DNA of 64,000 nt from an uncultured delta proteobacterium (GCA_963769935.1 CAVYNY010000003.1:44341-108340); one strand, 5' to 3'; positions 38,893 to 50,247 are shown, counted from the first letter of the stretch. The notes: a model not told the origin generated them from the letters alone. Program-made: numbers and translations.

Positions 38893-40782
38893 TTATTTCC
38901 GATCTTCTGGGGCCGGCGGAACCGCCCCGTCAAAATCCATTAGAATCCGCAAATCCGATCCGCTGCTGACCGAAATATTTGCATTCGGAAAACGCTTTTT
39001 AAAAACACGAATCATGGCGGCATTTTCCCTCAGCACCGTTGCACAAAAGCTGCGGTAATGATTTTCTTTGGCAATATTTTCAAGCAATTCAAGAAGATAT
39101 GATGCAATCCCCAAGCCCTGAAAATCCTCGCGAACGACAAAAGCCACTTCGGCCCGGGCGTCGTCCTCCTGGGCATAGGTACCGATAGCCATAATTTCCT
39201 TGTGACCGCCCTTTTGCACGAGCCCGATGATGGACATATTCCTGTGATAATCCACACTTGACCATTGTTTCTGCACAATTTCATGAGAGAAGGTTCTCAT
39301 TTTATAAAAAAACCGCATGTAAATGGTCTTTTCCTGCAGGGAATAGAAAAAATTGCGATAGGCGAATTCATCTGAAGGCAGCAGGGGGCGAAATTCCAAT
39401 GCTTTTCCGTTTTTCAGCTTCAGCGTGGTCTTATAGCCCTCCAAAAAAAGGAGGTCTTCTTTTGACGGCGGCAACTGGTCCGAAAATATATAATGCCGCT
39501 TTTTGGCCACCTCAATGAGCTCTTCGCGAAATTTCGGATGGGCGATCTGCGCCAGTTCCATCACTCTCTGATATATTCCTTTGCCTTTCAATTCCGCTAT
39601 GCCGTATTCAGTAATGACGAAATTGACGTCTCCCCGGGTGGTTGCCACACCGGCGCCTTCACTCAGGTGCGGAACGATTCGGGATACAGTTCCTTTTTGA
39701 GCGGTCGACGGCAGGGCGATAATTGAAAATCCGCCCTTGGACATTGTGCTGCCGCGCAGAAAATCGACCTGATCTCCGATTCCGCTGTAAAAGAGATACC
39801 CCATGGAATCCGAACAGACCTGACCGGTCAGATCGACTTCCAAAGCGGAACTGATGGAAATTAGATTATCATTGCGAGCGATGACTGTCGGATCATTGAC
39901 AAATTCGGATGACCTGAAATAAAAAGCCGGGTTATTGTCCACGTAACGGTATATTTTTTCAGATCCCATACACAGGGAGCTTACCACCCTTCCCGGCAGC
40001 AGAGTTTTCTTTTTGTTGGTGATTACATTTTTCTCAAACAGGGGCAGCATCCCGTCCGTAATCAATTGGGTGTGGAGTCCCAAGTCCTTTTTGCCGTCCA
40101 GGTGCTTGATGATGGCATAAGGAAGTTGGCCGAATCCGATCTGAAGCGTGGACCCGTCATCTACCAATTGCGATACATAATGCCCGATCCGGCGTGATAC
40201 TTCATTGTCCCGAACCTCAGGCAGGGCTTCCACGAGAGGCTCCTCATAAGGGACCAGCCAATCGATTTCATCCACATGCACGAAACTGTCACCCCATGTT
40301 CTGGGCATCTTTGGATTGACCTGGGCGATAACCATGGCCGCGTGCTCAACTGCCGGTCGGGTAATGTCGACTGAAACTCCCAGACTGCAATAACCGAATT
40401 TATCCGGCGGACTGACTTGAACCAGGGCGGCATCGAGCCCGATACGGTGGGTGGCAAACAGCCGGGGAATCTGGGAAAGATAAGCGGGAATGTAATCGAT
40501 TTTACCCTCAAATGCCGCTTTGCGCATGGAGCGACTAATGAAGAACAGCTTGAGTGAAAATCGGCGTGTGAATGATTCATCCGCTACAAATTGAGACAGC
40601 GTGAAGGATAGCATCTGGTAGATCAAAATATCCTGCAGATTTTGGTCCTTGACCATGGCCCGGATAAGATGCTGGGGTTCACCACAGCCCGTGCCGATAA
40701 AGACACGACTGCCCCTCATGATCTTGGAGATTGCTTGATGCTCATCGACGACTTTAGACGAGTAGAGTCGTTGCCAGTCCAT
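38893..40782 (-). CDS. acetyl-CoA hydrolase/transferase-GNAT fusion
   Basis: SLGVSVD, EVDLTGQV, GIGDQVDF, VITEYG; C-terminal AEVAFVVREDFQGLGIA. Confidence 0.9.
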   Translation of the reverse strand: MDWQRLYSSKVVDEHQAISKIMRGSRVFIGTGCGEPQHLIRAMVKDQNLQDILIYQMLSFTLSQFVADESFTRRFSLKLFFISRSMRKAAFEGKIDYIPAYLSQIPRLFATHRIGLDAALVQVSPPDKFGYCSLGVSVDITRPAVEHAAMVIAQVNPKMPRTWGDSFVHVDEIDWLVPYEEPLVEALPEVRDNEVSRRIGHYVSQLVDDGSTLQIGFGQLPYAIIKHLDGKKDLGLHTQLITDGMLPLFEKNVITNKKKTLLPGRVVSSLCMGSEKIYRYVDNNPAFYFRSSEFVNDPTVIARNDNLISISSALEVDLTGQVCSDSMGYLFYSGIGDQVDFLRGSTMSKGGFSIIALPSTAQKGTVSRIVPHLSEGAGVATTRGDVNFVITEYGIAELKGKGIYQRVMELAQIAHPKFREELIEVAKKRHYIFSDQLPPSKEDLLFLEGYKTTLKLKNGKALEFRPLLPSDEFAYRNFFYSLQEKTIYMRFFYKMRTFSHEIVQKQWSSVDYHRNMSIIGLVQKGGHKEIMAIGTYAQEDDARAEVAFVVREDFQGLGIASYLLELLENIAKENHYRSFCATVLRENAAMIRVFKKRFPNANISVSSGSDLRILMDFDGAVPPAPEDRK

Positions 40783-41069
40783 TTCTTTCCTCCTCTTGAG
40801 AATAAACGTCACGGAATTTCTAAAACTTCTTTCATTGGGGTTATATCAAATATTTGATTTTAAATCGAGTTTTTAGTCACCGGCAGGCATCAATCTGTCG
40901 CCCTGCATTACCGCGCGGCGACCGTTAATTACGGTTGACCATTGATGTCGATATTGTTAACCTATTAGGGCAGGGATTACCTTCTTCTGGGTTATAGATC
41001 CGACAAAAAAGGTTTTGGAAAACCCGTTTAAGCCCTAAGTATCCCGGGGTGAAAATCTCAGGTGAGACC

Positions 41070-41834
41070 ATGAAACCGTCCAATTCATCGGGAATCTTCA
41101 AACCCTTTAAGAATTTGAAAGCACTGCTGGAGAGCAAGGCCTTCGAACTGCATCCGGCGCCAGGCAGCGTACGGGGCAGGTCATATGCCGACCGGAGCGA
41201 TCGTCGGCCGGAGCATGTGATATTTAACGAGGCTATGGCCGATGTTAAAAAGATCTCGCGCGCCAATTGTGCGGTTGCGGCCCCCTTACCCAAAGCAACT
41301 CAAGCCGCTGTTGAGGGACCACCCGATGAGACCGTTGCTAAGCTCAAGAGGCTGATAAAATACGGCACCGGTTTCGATGTATCCCTGACGCCGGAGTACC
41401 TTGAGGGGATAGCCAATGGGGTAAACCCTGAAGTCGCCCGCCGGCTCCACCGCGGGGATTTTTCGATACAATCCCACATCGATCTTCACGGTCTGCGTGT
41501 TCAAGAGGCGCATGAGGCCTTTGATGAGTTTCTAAACAAAAGCATTCTGACGGGCAAACGGGCAGTTCTTATCATTCACGGTCGGGGCCTGTCGTCTCCG
41601 GTGAAGCCGATCCTGAAATCAAAAGTATATCTGTGGCTTACCACCAGTCCCTGGCACAAGTGGGTCATCGCATTTACGAGTGCCAGAGTTTGCGACGGCG
41701 GGGCTGGCGCCACTTATGTTCTGCTCAGGCAAAAACCGCTTGCCAAACGGTTAAGAAAAAAAGATCGGAAAGGCAATGAGACAGAAAATCCACCTTTTAA
41801 AGAGAAACAGTTTCCCCGCCCATTCATTCTTTGA
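41070..41834 (+). CDS. Smr/MutS2-domain protein
   Basis: IDLHGL, IIHGRGLSS, DGGAGATYVLL. Confidence 0.9.
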   Translation: MKPSNSSGIFKPFKNLKALLESKAFELHPAPGSVRGRSYADRSDRRPEHVIFNEAMADVKKISRANCAVAAPLPKATQAAVEGPPDETVAKLKRLIKYGTGFDVSLTPEYLEGIANGVNPEVARRLHRGDFSIQSHIDLHGLRVQEAHEAFDEFLNKSILTGKRAVLIIHGRGLSSPVKPILKSKVYLWLTTSPWHKWVIAFTSARVCDGGAGATYVLLRQKPLAKRLRKKDRKGNETENPPFKEKQFPRPFIL

Positions 41835-43119
41835 TCATCTTCTCAGAGGCACAGAGTACTTTCAAGTTCGCGAATTTGAGCGGGCCGCAGAAGAATGGGG
41901 GGCGGCCGGGTGGCTGAATTACATAACACCGGTCAATTTAAAGCGCCATAGTGGGCGGATATTCTGCGGCGGTTACATACATGAAGTTCCTTTCCTATTT
42001 TTTCTCTTTGCGGTTTATACCAATAAAGCCGATGGGATCGGAGCTATCAAGACCGACGGGATTTGCAAAAACCTGGTTTTCAATCAGGGCCGACTGATAC
42101 GTGCTGCCACCACGCTGCAGGCTGAAAGAATCGGTCATCTAATTGTGAAAAAGCATCCATTATCTTCAGCAACCCTGGATAGGATGATTAACGACGCCAA
42201 AAAACAGGGCAAGCGAATCGGGCAGTTCCTGGTGGAGAAAGGATTACTCTCAGAAGATGCTCTGCGGGAATTCTTGATACAGCAGGCCGACCAAATTCTG
42301 GTTGATATTTTCCATTGGCAGAAGGGATATTTCTATTTTTTCGAAAGACCTATTATTGAAGATTTAATTGTAAGCTATGGCCCCCTGAATCTCACCCGCA
42401 TTGCGACTTACAGCGGAATCAGCTTTACTGAATTTCGCCAAAAAATTCCAAATATGAAGACTATTTTTCGCCTTTCCCCCTATGCCGAGATGAACAGGGA
42501 GGAAATCATGCGGAAATTGACTGATAAATTCAAGTTTATTTTTTCATTAATCGACGGAATCCGAAGCATTGAGCAGCTCGCAAGATTCAGCGGCCTCGAC
42601 CCAGCCACAACCTTGGATATACTTTACCGGTTACATACGGATGGAATTATCAGACAGTCCAGAGAAATTATTGAATACGAAGATAAACAATTCAGTGAAA
42701 TATCAAATGTATTGGACACCCTGCTTGAAATCTATGCCTTTATCTCACACATGCTTTTTTTTGAACTCGGTGCAAAAGCAGTAGATGTCATCCAAGAGTC
42801 ACAGCTGCTCTTAACCAGAATGCATAATGGCACATTCGTTGGAGTTCCATTAGAAAAACCGGAGGAAGTAACAAAAGAAATGATTTTAAGAAACATGGCT
42901 CATTATTATCCCGGGCCCGACACGCGCATTCCGTTTATCGAGGCCTTTTGTGCCTTATTTGAGCACATGCAGACGGCAATCGAGAAATATTTAGGAAGAC
43001 AATTGGCCGAACAAGCCACTGGGAAAATCAAAACGGAAATAAAAAACATTGAACGCTATGCCAAAGAGACCTCATTGAGAAGCCATCTGCTCGAAACCTT
43101 TGATAAGATGGTTCAATAA
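41776..43119 (+). CDS. DUF4388-like domain protein
   Basis: LVFNQGRLIRA..ERIGHLIV, KRIGQFLVEKG, IFHWQKGYFYF, LIDGIRSIEQL. Confidence 0.7.
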   Translation: MRQKIHLLKRNSFPAHSFFDHLLRGTEYFQVREFERAAEEWGAAGWLNYITPVNLKRHSGRIFCGGYIHEVPFLFFLFAVYTNKADGIGAIKTDGICKNLVFNQGRLIRAATTLQAERIGHLIVKKHPLSSATLDRMINDAKKQGKRIGQFLVEKGLLSEDALREFLIQQADQILVDIFHWQKGYFYFFERPIIEDLIVSYGPLNLTRIATYSGISFTEFRQKIPNMKTIFRLSPYAEMNREEIMRKLTDKFKFIFSLIDGIRSIEQLARFSGLDPATTLDILYRLHTDGIIRQSREIIEYEDKQFSEISNVLDTLLEIYAFISHMLFFELGAKAVDVIQESQLLLTRMHNGTFVGVPLEKPEEVTKEMILRNMAHYYPGPDTRIPFIEAFCALFEHMQTAIEKYLGRQLAEQATGKIKTEIKNIERYAKETSLRSHLLETFDKMVQ

Positions 43120-43168
43120 ACCGATCGCATGCCTTTCTATTTATTGATGGGTGTTGCCTGGAGGACCT

Positions 43169-43465
43169 ATGCCGAGTATTTCTCTTGATTTGACGTCCAT
43201 TTCCCTTTTTGCCCTGTTAAACTTGGCAGTATATGCCGTCATTATGTTTGTATTCATCAAGGCCAGACGAAAATACAAAGGTGGTGTCGTCGGCAAGTCT
43301 ATCCAATTTCTTATTGCCACAATCGGATTTTTTCTTTTGGCCGATATCGCCTTGTTTCTGATTCCGGTGTCAGGGCTGCAGGTCGGTTATACGATACATG
43401 TCGTCTTAAAAATTTGTGCCTTGACGTGTTTAGCGATCGGCGGATTGAATCTTTTTGCAAGATGA
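43169..43465 (+). CDS. small three-TM membrane protein
   Basis: GGAGG RBS; three hydrophobic helices. Confidence 0.7.
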   Translation: MPSISLDLTSISLFALLNLAVYAVIMFVFIKARRKYKGGVVGKSIQFLIATIGFFLLADIALFLIPVSGLQVGYTIHVVLKICALTCLAIGGLNLFAR

Positions 43466-43571
43466 GCTGACCCGAACAAACCGGCCGCAGCCCAGTGCGG
43501 ATGCCGCTTGCGGGTTTGGAATAAATCGAGTATTCTATGAAGTTAGTTGAAAGGCTGCTCCCCGAAATGCT

Positions 43572-44186
43572 TTATGCGGCGCTGCCCTCCTCGAATGCGT
43601 TATATTGCACACCTGCCCGTTGAGCCCGATTAATAAACGAATCCGAAAACTTAACCTGCGCCGGAGTTTCTTCCTTCAAGTCCACCAGAAGCTCTTCAGT
43701 CATAATCGCCTTTGTTCTGCCGTTTTCAAGAAATATAATGCCGCGTTTATCATCAACCGGGAACCAAACTTCCAGGCATCCCGAAAAGCCTTCATATTGC
43801 AGTTTAATAATAAAATCACCCAGAGGGGAATATTTTGAAGAAAGGTTTTTATGAAGCAATCTTACCGATAGGCCATAAGCTTCCGACAAAAATTTGATAT
43901 TTTGCAGCGGCAACTGGGTAACTTTGATCGTGCCCTTTTTATCCTGTCGGGATCTAGCCAGAATGCTTCTGACGGCTTTTGAGCCGGTATTTCTCTCTTC
44001 TTCAAGTGCGACGACGCCGTTTATGACATCCCCCTGTTGAATAAAAACAGCGCACTGGCTATCAGAAAACTCCAATTGCAGATAGCCGCTGAATTGCTGA
44101 TACTTTAGAAACATCAAAAGTTCATCAATATCTACAAATGAGGTCTTCAAATTAACCCACAGATCATTGCCTTCCAACAACAGCAT
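43572..44186 (-). CDS. tandem DUF4388/DUF2226-like domain protein
   Basis: FSGYLQL..VFIQQG and FSGCLEV..GIIFLENG repeats; purine-rich RBS before ATG 44186. Confidence 0.6.
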   Translation of the reverse strand: MLLLEGNDLWVNLKTSFVDIDELLMFLKYQQFSGYLQLEFSDSQCAVFIQQGDVINGVVALEEERNTGSKAVRSILARSRQDKKGTIKVTQLPLQNIKFLSEAYGLSVRLLHKNLSSKYSPLGDFIIKLQYEGFSGCLEVWFPVDDKRGIIFLENGRTKAIMTEELLVDLKEETPAQVKFSDSFINRAQRAGVQYNAFEEGSAA

Positions 44187-44290
44187 CGGTCTTCTCCCTC
44201 TTGAACAGACTTCCAAAGTTACTATCACGGGGCAAAGTTTAGTGTCAATATAGGGCTGTTGTAATTTATGAAAAAAAAATTAATAACTTA

Positions 44291-44319
44291 TTGACAAACA
44301 TTCAATACAATCTTAGTAT
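44291..44319 (+). promoter_or_regulatory. sigma-70 promoter for fusA
   Basis: TTGACA-N17-TAGTAT. Confidence 0.6.
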
Positions 44320-44350
44320 AACGTCTTTGTAAAATCCGAGTAGAGTGTAT

Positions 44351-44392
44351 AATCCCCCGTTCGGTAGGCCACCCTCGAATGCGGGATTTTTT
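44351..44392 (+). terminator. terminator-like hairpin plus T-run in the fusA leader
   Basis: aatcccccgttcg...cgaatgcgggatt followed by a T-run; imperfect stem. Confidence 0.4.
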
Positions 44393-44472
44393 AATGGGAA
44401 TTTGTACTCTGAAACCTAAGCTATCATGGTGACAAGGCATTAGGCTGAATAAAGTTTAAAGGTAAAATTTCG

Positions 44473-46560
44473 ATGAAAAAAGAAATAGAAAAAGTCAGAA
44501 ATATTGGCATCAGCGCCCACATCGATTCCGGCAAAACAACCCTGACCGAAAGAATTCTTTATTTCACTAAGAGGATCCACGCCATTCATGATGTCAAAGG
44601 AAAAGACGGCGTCGGCGCAACCATGGATTCCATGGAATTGGAAAAGGAACGCGGCATCACGATCGCATCGGCCGCCACCTACTGTGAATGGCTCGGGCAT
44701 GAAATCAACATTATTGACACTCCCGGTCATGTGGATTTTACCATAGAGGTTGAACGCTCGCTGCGGGTACTGGACGGTGCCGTCTTAGTCTTGTGTGCCG
44801 TCGCCGGCGTGCAATCGCAATCCATCACGGTCGACCATCAAATGAAGCGCTATAAAGTGCCTTGCGTCGCATTTATCAATAAATGCGACCGCAGCGGCGC
44901 CAATCCGGACAGGGTCATTGCGCAACTGAAGGAAAAATTGGGCCATAACGCCGTCGCTATGCAGATACCGATTGGCCTTGAGGCTGATTTTAGCGGGGTC
45001 ATCGATCTGATTTCAATGAAAGCCTTGTACTTCGACGGCGAAAACGGTGAAGATGTTCGCCTCGAGCCGATACCGGATCATCTCATGACCCAGGCTCTCC
45101 AAAAACGGGAAGAACTGCTGGACGCCGCCTCCATTTTCTCCGACTCCCTGACGGAAGCTATTCTGGAAGAAACGGAACTGACCGAAAACATGATCCGCGA
45201 CGCGGTGCGGGCCGGCGTGCTTGCCAGGCAGTTGACGCCGGTGTTTATGGGATCTGCTTACAAGAATAAAGGGGTTCAGCCGCTTTTAACCGGCGTCACC
45301 GAACTGCTGCCCTGCCCTGCGGATGTTGAAAATTTTGCCCTAAATATGGAAAAAAATGAGACCCCGGTCCGGCTTTACACCGACAGTCAAAAACCGCTCG
45401 TTGCGCTGGCCTTTAAATTAGAGGATGGACCCTATGGCCAACTCACCTATATTCGCGTTTATCAGGGTGCCCTTGCCAAGGGATCAACGATTGTCAACAT
45501 TCGCACCGGCAAAAAAGTCAAGGTCGGCCGATTGGTTCGCATGCATGCCGACCAGATGGAAGACATTGCCGCAATTCAAGCCGGTTATATTGGCGCTCTG
45601 TTCGGCATAGATTGCGCTTCCGGCGATACCTTCGCCGCCCCGGGCCTTGATCTGACCATGACTTCCATGTATGTGCCGGAACCGGTCATTTCGCTGGCCA
45701 TCACGCCGGACGATCACAAATCCGAGATCAATATGTCCAAGGCCTTGAACCGATTTTCCAAGGAAGATCCGACTTTTAAAGTCTATGTCGACCAGGAAAC
45801 CGGAGAGACTATCATCTCGGGCATGGGGGAACTTCATCTTGAAGTCTATATCGAGCGCATGTTTCGCGAATACAAAGCCCGCGTGATTCCCGGCATGCCG
45901 CGGGTAGCCTATCGGGAAACAATTACGCGCCGGGCAGAGTTTGATTACATTCATAAAAAGCAGACCGGGGGTTCCGGCCAGTTTGGCCGAGTTGCCGGTT
46001 ACATGGAACCGGTCAGCGACCATGATTTCGTCTTTGAAAATAAGGTTGTAGGCGGTTCGATTCCGACCCAGTATATTGCCGCCTGCGAAAAAGGGTTTAA
46101 AGAGAGTATCGTCAAAGGCCCCAAGATGGAATTCCCGGTTACCGGAATTAAAATAACCATTAATGACGGTGCTTCCCATGCCGTGGATTCCTCTGATATG
46201 GCATTTCAGGCAGCGGCCCGGGGTGCTTTTCAGCAGGCCTATCATAAGGCCGGTCCGGTAATTCACGAACCGATCATGAAAGTGGTCGTGGAATCACCTT
46301 CGGAATTCCAGGGGTCAGTAATGGGCTCTTTGAACCAGCGGCGAGGCATTATCGTGGGATCCCAGGATGAGGGGGTATTATGTGTGATCGAGGCTCAGAT
46401 TCCGTTGGCTGAAATGTTCGGCTATTCAACGGTCATAAGATCTCTGACCCAGGGCAAGGCGCAGTTCACCATGGAATTTGCACACTATAAACAAGTGCCG
46501 CAAAGCGTGGCCGAAGAACTTGTCAAAAAGGCTGCTGAAGAAAAGAAAAATGTGGCCTAA
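44473..46560 (+). CDS. fusA: elongation factor G (standalone copy)
   Basis: [37 protein letters not shown]. Confidence 0.97.
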   Translation: MKKEIEKVRNIGISAHIDSGKTTLTERILYFTKRIHAIHDVKGKDGVGATMDSMELEKERGITIASAATYCEWLGHEINIIDTPGHVDFTIEVERSLRVLDGAVLVLCAVAGVQSQSITVDHQMKRYKVPCVAFINKCDRSGANPDRVIAQLKEKLGHNAVAMQIPIGLEADFSGVIDLISMKALYFDGENGEDVRLEPIPDHLMTQALQKREELLDAASIFSDSLTEAILEETELTENMIRDAVRAGVLARQLTPVFMGSAYKNKGVQPLLTGVTELLPCPADVENFALNMEKNETPVRLYTDSQKPLVALAFKLEDGPYGQLTYIRVYQGALAKGSTIVNIRTGKKVKVGRLVRMHADQMEDIAAIQAGYIGALFGIDCASGDTFAAPGLDLTMTSMYVPEPVISLAITPDDHKSEINMSKALNRFSKEDPTFKVYVDQETGETIISGMGELHLEVYIERMFREYKARVIPGMPRVAYRETITRRAEFDYIHKKQTGGSGQFGRVAGYMEPVSDHDFVFENKVVGGSIPTQYIAACEKGFKESIVKGPKMEFPVTGIKITINDGASHAVDSSDMAFQAAARGAFQQAYHKAGPVIHEPIMKVVVESPSEFQGSVMGSLNQRRGIIVGSQDEGVLCVIEAQIPLAEMFGYSTVIRSLTQGKAQFTMEFAHYKQVPQSVAEELVKKAAEEKKNVA

Positions 46561-46906
46561 CCGAGTTGCAGGGGTCGGGATGTGGGTTTCTGATAAAACT
46601 CTAAGAATTTACTTTAAAGTTACCGTACAAGTTACTAATTTATATTAATTTATGGCAAAATCAACGGGTTTTAAAAATTTGGACTCACAAAATTCAGGAG
46701 AAGCATTTGCCCGACCGGATCGAATAGTCTCAAGCACCGCCGTAATAATCAAATCTGAAACCCAAGATAAGCTTCCGACGGCTCGCAGCCGGATCGATTT
46801 GCCGGCCGCCTTGTTAAAAAGCAGCCCTGCCGATGGACAGACTGCGAGTTCGGATCCAGCTAAAAAGCAGGTTGAAGTTATCCATATCAAAGAGAGGTAT
46901 TTTACC

Positions 46907-47608
46907 ATGCTGAAAAAAGATCTTATATTGAGAAACCCACTGCGGGTGATGGGCCATAAAAGTGATGACATTTTAAGCGCCGGGGAGTTTGGTGCTGTGC
47001 TGGCCCGCGCGGGCGTTGGGAAAACAGCATTTTTGGTTCAACTCTCATTGAACGCTTTGCTCAGAGGTAAAAATGTGCTTCATATCAGTCTGGCAGATCC
47101 GGTCAACAAAGTCAGCCTGTGGTATAAAGAAGTCTTCAACCTCATTGCGGACCAGTACAAGGTGGATCAGATCAACCAGCTCTGGGAATCCGTTTTGCCC
47201 CATCGTTTCATAATGACCTTCCGGGTGGAAGGATTCAGTGTTCCCAAACTGCAGGAGCGATTGGCCGATCTTACCGAACAAAACATCTTCTCGCCCCAGA
47301 TAATTATCGTCGATGGATTCCCGTTTGACGACTCCGTGCACCAATCGTTAAGCGAATTCAAGGATCTGGTCAATAATCAGGGAATGCATGCCTGGTTTAC
47401 CGTCCGCACCCATCGTCATGAAGAACCCGAAGCGGATGGAACTCCGCCATCGTTCGCTCACGTGTCCGATTTGTTTGAGATCGCGATTCAGCTTTTACCG
47501 GTTGGAAAGGAAATTCATGTAAAAGCTCTCAAGGGAGGAGATACTTTTTCAAAGCATCTTGACTTGCGATTGGATCCTGCCACCATGCTCCTGACCAATC
47601 AAGGTTGA
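46907..47608 (+). CDS. RecA/KaiC-like P-loop protein of unknown function
   Basis: ARAGVGKT Walker A, IIIVDG; GAGAGG RBS before ATG 46907. Confidence 0.7.
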   Translation: MLKKDLILRNPLRVMGHKSDDILSAGEFGAVLARAGVGKTAFLVQLSLNALLRGKNVLHISLADPVNKVSLWYKEVFNLIADQYKVDQINQLWESVLPHRFIMTFRVEGFSVPKLQERLADLTEQNIFSPQIIIVDGFPFDDSVHQSLSEFKDLVNNQGMHAWFTVRTHRHEEPEADGTPPSFAHVSDLFEIAIQLLPVGKEIHVKALKGGDTFSKHLDLRLDPATMLLTNQG

Positions 47609-47640
47609 ATTACAATTCCTGCAAGCTTTTAGATTTGATC

Positions 47641-47715
<75 letters not shown>

Positions 47716-47724
47716 ATAAAAAAA

Positions 47725-47799
47725 TGGAGCGGGAAACGGGATTTGAACCCGCGACTTCGACCTTGGCAAGGTCGCACTCTACCACTGAGTTATTCCCGC
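47725..47799 (-). tRNA. tRNA-Gly(GCC)
   Basis: GCGGGAATAACTCAGTGGTAGAGTGCGACCTTGCCAAGGTCG...TTCCCGCTCCA. Confidence 0.97.
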
Positions 47800-47952
47800 T
47801 CAGCTGAAATTTGTCACTTAGCTATTTTAAAATATTTTGTCAATAAAAAATAAACTCCAGTGAAAAATAATTTCGGCTGCGATCCAGGTTGCGCTTTGCG
47901 AATGTTCGCGGGAGTGTTGCTTGGCGGCCGCTCCGACTTCACGCGCCGATTT

Positions 47953-48501
47953 TCATGTCTGAAGCAGCTTTCTGAACTTAAAAAAATAATCGGCACCCGA
48001 CCAGATGGTAAATGCCAATGCGCCCCATAAAAAGAAGTTGCCGATCGCTTGGGAATTGAGTCCAAAAAATGGATAATGGATTAAAAGCGGAATGACGGCG
48101 GCGATCTGAAAGCCGGTTTTGTATTTGCCAAGATTGGAGGCCGATACATCTTCCCCTTTTCCGGCAATAATATTGCGCAATCCGGTAACGGCAATTTCAC
48201 GTCCGATGATGATGCAAACCATCCAGGCCGGCACCCAACTGAGAGCGGCCAACATAATGAAGGCGCTTGATACCAACAGCTTGTCGGCTACCGGATCCAT
48301 CACTTTACCAAGATTTGACACCAGCCCACGGGTTCTGGCAAAATAGCCGTCAAAATAATCGGTAATCGCCGCGACACTGAAAAAAATCGCGGCCAATGCG
48401 GTGCATAACCGATTTGGAAACATCATTAGAATCACAATGATCGGAACGGTAATAACTCTGAAAAGCGTAAGAGTGTTGGGATGACTTAAAATTTTTTCCA
48501 C
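47953..48501 (-). CDS. pgsA: CDP-diacylglycerol--glycerol-3-phosphate phosphatidyltransferase
   Basis: PNTLT, TDYFDGYFAR, GKVMDPVADK; classic pgsA-tRNA-Gly-tRNA-Cys order. Confidence 0.95.
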   Translation of the reverse strand: MEKILSHPNTLTLFRVITVPIIVILMMFPNRLCTALAAIFFSVAAITDYFDGYFARTRGLVSNLGKVMDPVADKLLVSSAFIMLAALSWVPAWMVCIIIGREIAVTGLRNIIAGKGEDVSASNLGKYKTGFQIAAVIPLLIHYPFFGLNSQAIGNFFLWGALAFTIWSGADYFFKFRKLLQT

Positions 48502-48505
48502 CGGA

Positions 48506-48775
48506 CTAATCTTTTTTTTCTGATAAAGCAGCTACATATTTATCTTTGCACTCGACACTGCAAAAGCACAGGTCTTTTCCGCTGACATTCAAATGTACGG
48601 CATTTCTTTTGGGGAAATACGCTTCGCAAAATGGATCTTTTATCATAACATCATCTATCTCTCCGACGGTTTTGCCGGCCACCGGTTTCGACGTTGGTGC
48701 GGCAGGAAACATCCATGCTTTCAACGCGCGGTAAAACACATAGCCGACTACAAATAACAGGATGATTCTGATCAT
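48506..48775 (-). CDS. small membrane-anchored YHS/TRASH-domain protein
   Basis: KDPFCEAY...FCSVEC. Confidence 0.8.
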   Translation of the reverse strand: MIRIILLFVVGYVFYRALKAWMFPAAPTSKPVAGKTVGEIDDVMIKDPFCEAYFPKRNAVHLNVSGKDLCFCSVECKDKYVAALSEKKD

Positions 48776-49269
48776 CTGTATTCAATTATCCTCTGGCCCT
48801 TTTCATCCAAATCCTCCAAGAGGGATTCCATCGTCCGATGAAGAACGGGATGCTTGATGTCAGGATCTATATCACAAATGGGCTTTAACACAAAGCGTCT
48901 TTTGTGCATCCTGGAATGCGGAACCGTCAGCGTCGGCGAATTCATCACGAGATCATCAAATAGGATGATATCCAGATCCAGGATCCTTGGACCGAACCGA
49001 ATGGTATCTTTGGTCCGACCGGCGGCCCGTTCAATCGATTTAAGTATATTCAATAAGCTCAGCGGGTCAAGACCGGTCTCAATTTTTACCACATAGTTCA
49101 CAAACCATTCCTGATCCAGGTAATCAACCGGTTCGGTTCGGTAGATGGGCGATTGATCGACCAGTCGGGTATTGCCGCTGCGAATCAGGGCCGCAATGCC
49201 CCTGCGGCAGTTTTCAACTTTTTGGCCCAGGTTTGACCCGACGGAGATATAGGCAATGTGAGGAACCAT
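48772..49269 (-). CDS. folK: HPPK (6-hydroxymethyl-7,8-dihydropterin pyrophosphokinase)
   Basis: AYISVGSNLG, GPRILDLDII, PHSRMHKRRFVL. Start 49269 or 49290. Confidence 0.93.
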   Translation of the reverse strand: MVPHIAYISVGSNLGQKVENCRRGIAALIRSGNTRLVDQSPIYRTEPVDYLDQEWFVNYVVKIETGLDPLSLLNILKSIERAAGRTKDTIRFGPRILDLDIILFDDLVMNSPTLTVPHSRMHKRRFVLKPICDIDPDIKHPVLHRTMESLLEDLDEKGQRIIEYR

Positions 49270-49373
49270 AATTTTAGGCAGTTTAGGCATTTTGAAATTT
49301 TAGGCATTCCTTTGAGTGGCTTCTCCTCTCAAGAATCGTGCATGATCGCCAATTCACATTGCTTACTGGCAAA

Positions 49374-50201
49374 TCAGAACCTCCAGGCATCTTCCCCGAG
49401 TTGGGCGATATATATGATGCGTGCATCACCTTCCAGGTACACATTATTGAAGACGTTGTCGTTTTTATTAAAATGGATCCTCAATAATTCTCCGCTGCGC
49501 GTCACCAGGTCGATGGGTGAGTTCCATTTGAATTTGCTTGAAGTGACCAGGGCGCTGGCAATCGAACCGGTTCCGCAGGCAAGGGTTTCATCTTCAACTC
49601 CCCGTTCGTATGTTCGGATGGCCAGCTGCCCCGGCGCTTGTCGGCAGATAAAATTAACGTTGGTGCCGGCCGGCGCGAAGGCCTTATGATTTCGTATTTC
49701 GCGACCCAAGTTAAAAACATCGATTTCCGCAACGTCATCTTCCATGATGACCACGTGTGGAACACCGGTATTGATACTGCTCACTGTCAAAGAGCCGTTT
49801 TCAAGGTCGATGCCATAGTCCAAGCGCAAATTCATCGGGTCCGGCATCTTAACCTTGGCCCGGTCCCCCTTGACCTCTCCCGTTATGATCCCGGCATCGG
49901 TTTCGAAAGACAGGCTTTCTTTGGCAATTCCGTTGACAAACGCAAACCGTGCAGTACACCGGGCACCGTTGCCGCACATTTCAGCACGGCTGCCGTCTGA
50001 ATTGTAAAATTGCCAGCGGAAATCGGCTTTATCAGAAGACTCGATCAGGATCAATCCATCCGCTCCCACCGACATTTTACGACGGCAAACGTTGCGGATA
50101 AACTTCGGCAAATCAATATCGTCAATAATTCGGCTCCGATTGTCGATTATGATAAAATCATTGCCGCTGCCACTCATCTTATAAAAGGTAATTGGTTTCA
50201 T
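49374..50201 (-). CDS. dapF: diaminopimelate epimerase
   Basis: KMSGSGNDF, AEMCGNGARC, TYERGVEDETLACGTG. Confidence 0.96.
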   Translation of the reverse strand: MKPITFYKMSGSGNDFIIIDNRSRIIDDIDLPKFIRNVCRRKMSVGADGLILIESSDKADFRWQFYNSDGSRAEMCGNGARCTARFAFVNGIAKESLSFETDAGIITGEVKGDRAKVKMPDPMNLRLDYGIDLENGSLTVSSINTGVPHVVIMEDDVAEIDVFNLGREIRNHKAFAPAGTNVNFICRQAPGQLAIRTYERGVEDETLACGTGSIASALVTSSKFKWNSPIDLVTRSGELLRIHFNKNDNVFNNVYLEGDARIIYIAQLGEDAWRF

Positions 50202-50247
50202 CTTGATATTTCCGTTATTGTTCGTCAATGTTCGCTTCAAACTCATT

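Noticed and set aside
38893..40782. CoA-transferase-GNAT fusion as a novelty
   Set aside because: A recognised architecture that I recall being common in deltaproteobacteria.
46652..46906. N-terminal extensions given by the ORF track (here, and at 22871, 50267 and 62436)
   Set aside because: Downstream ATGs match family N-termini and/or an RBS better.
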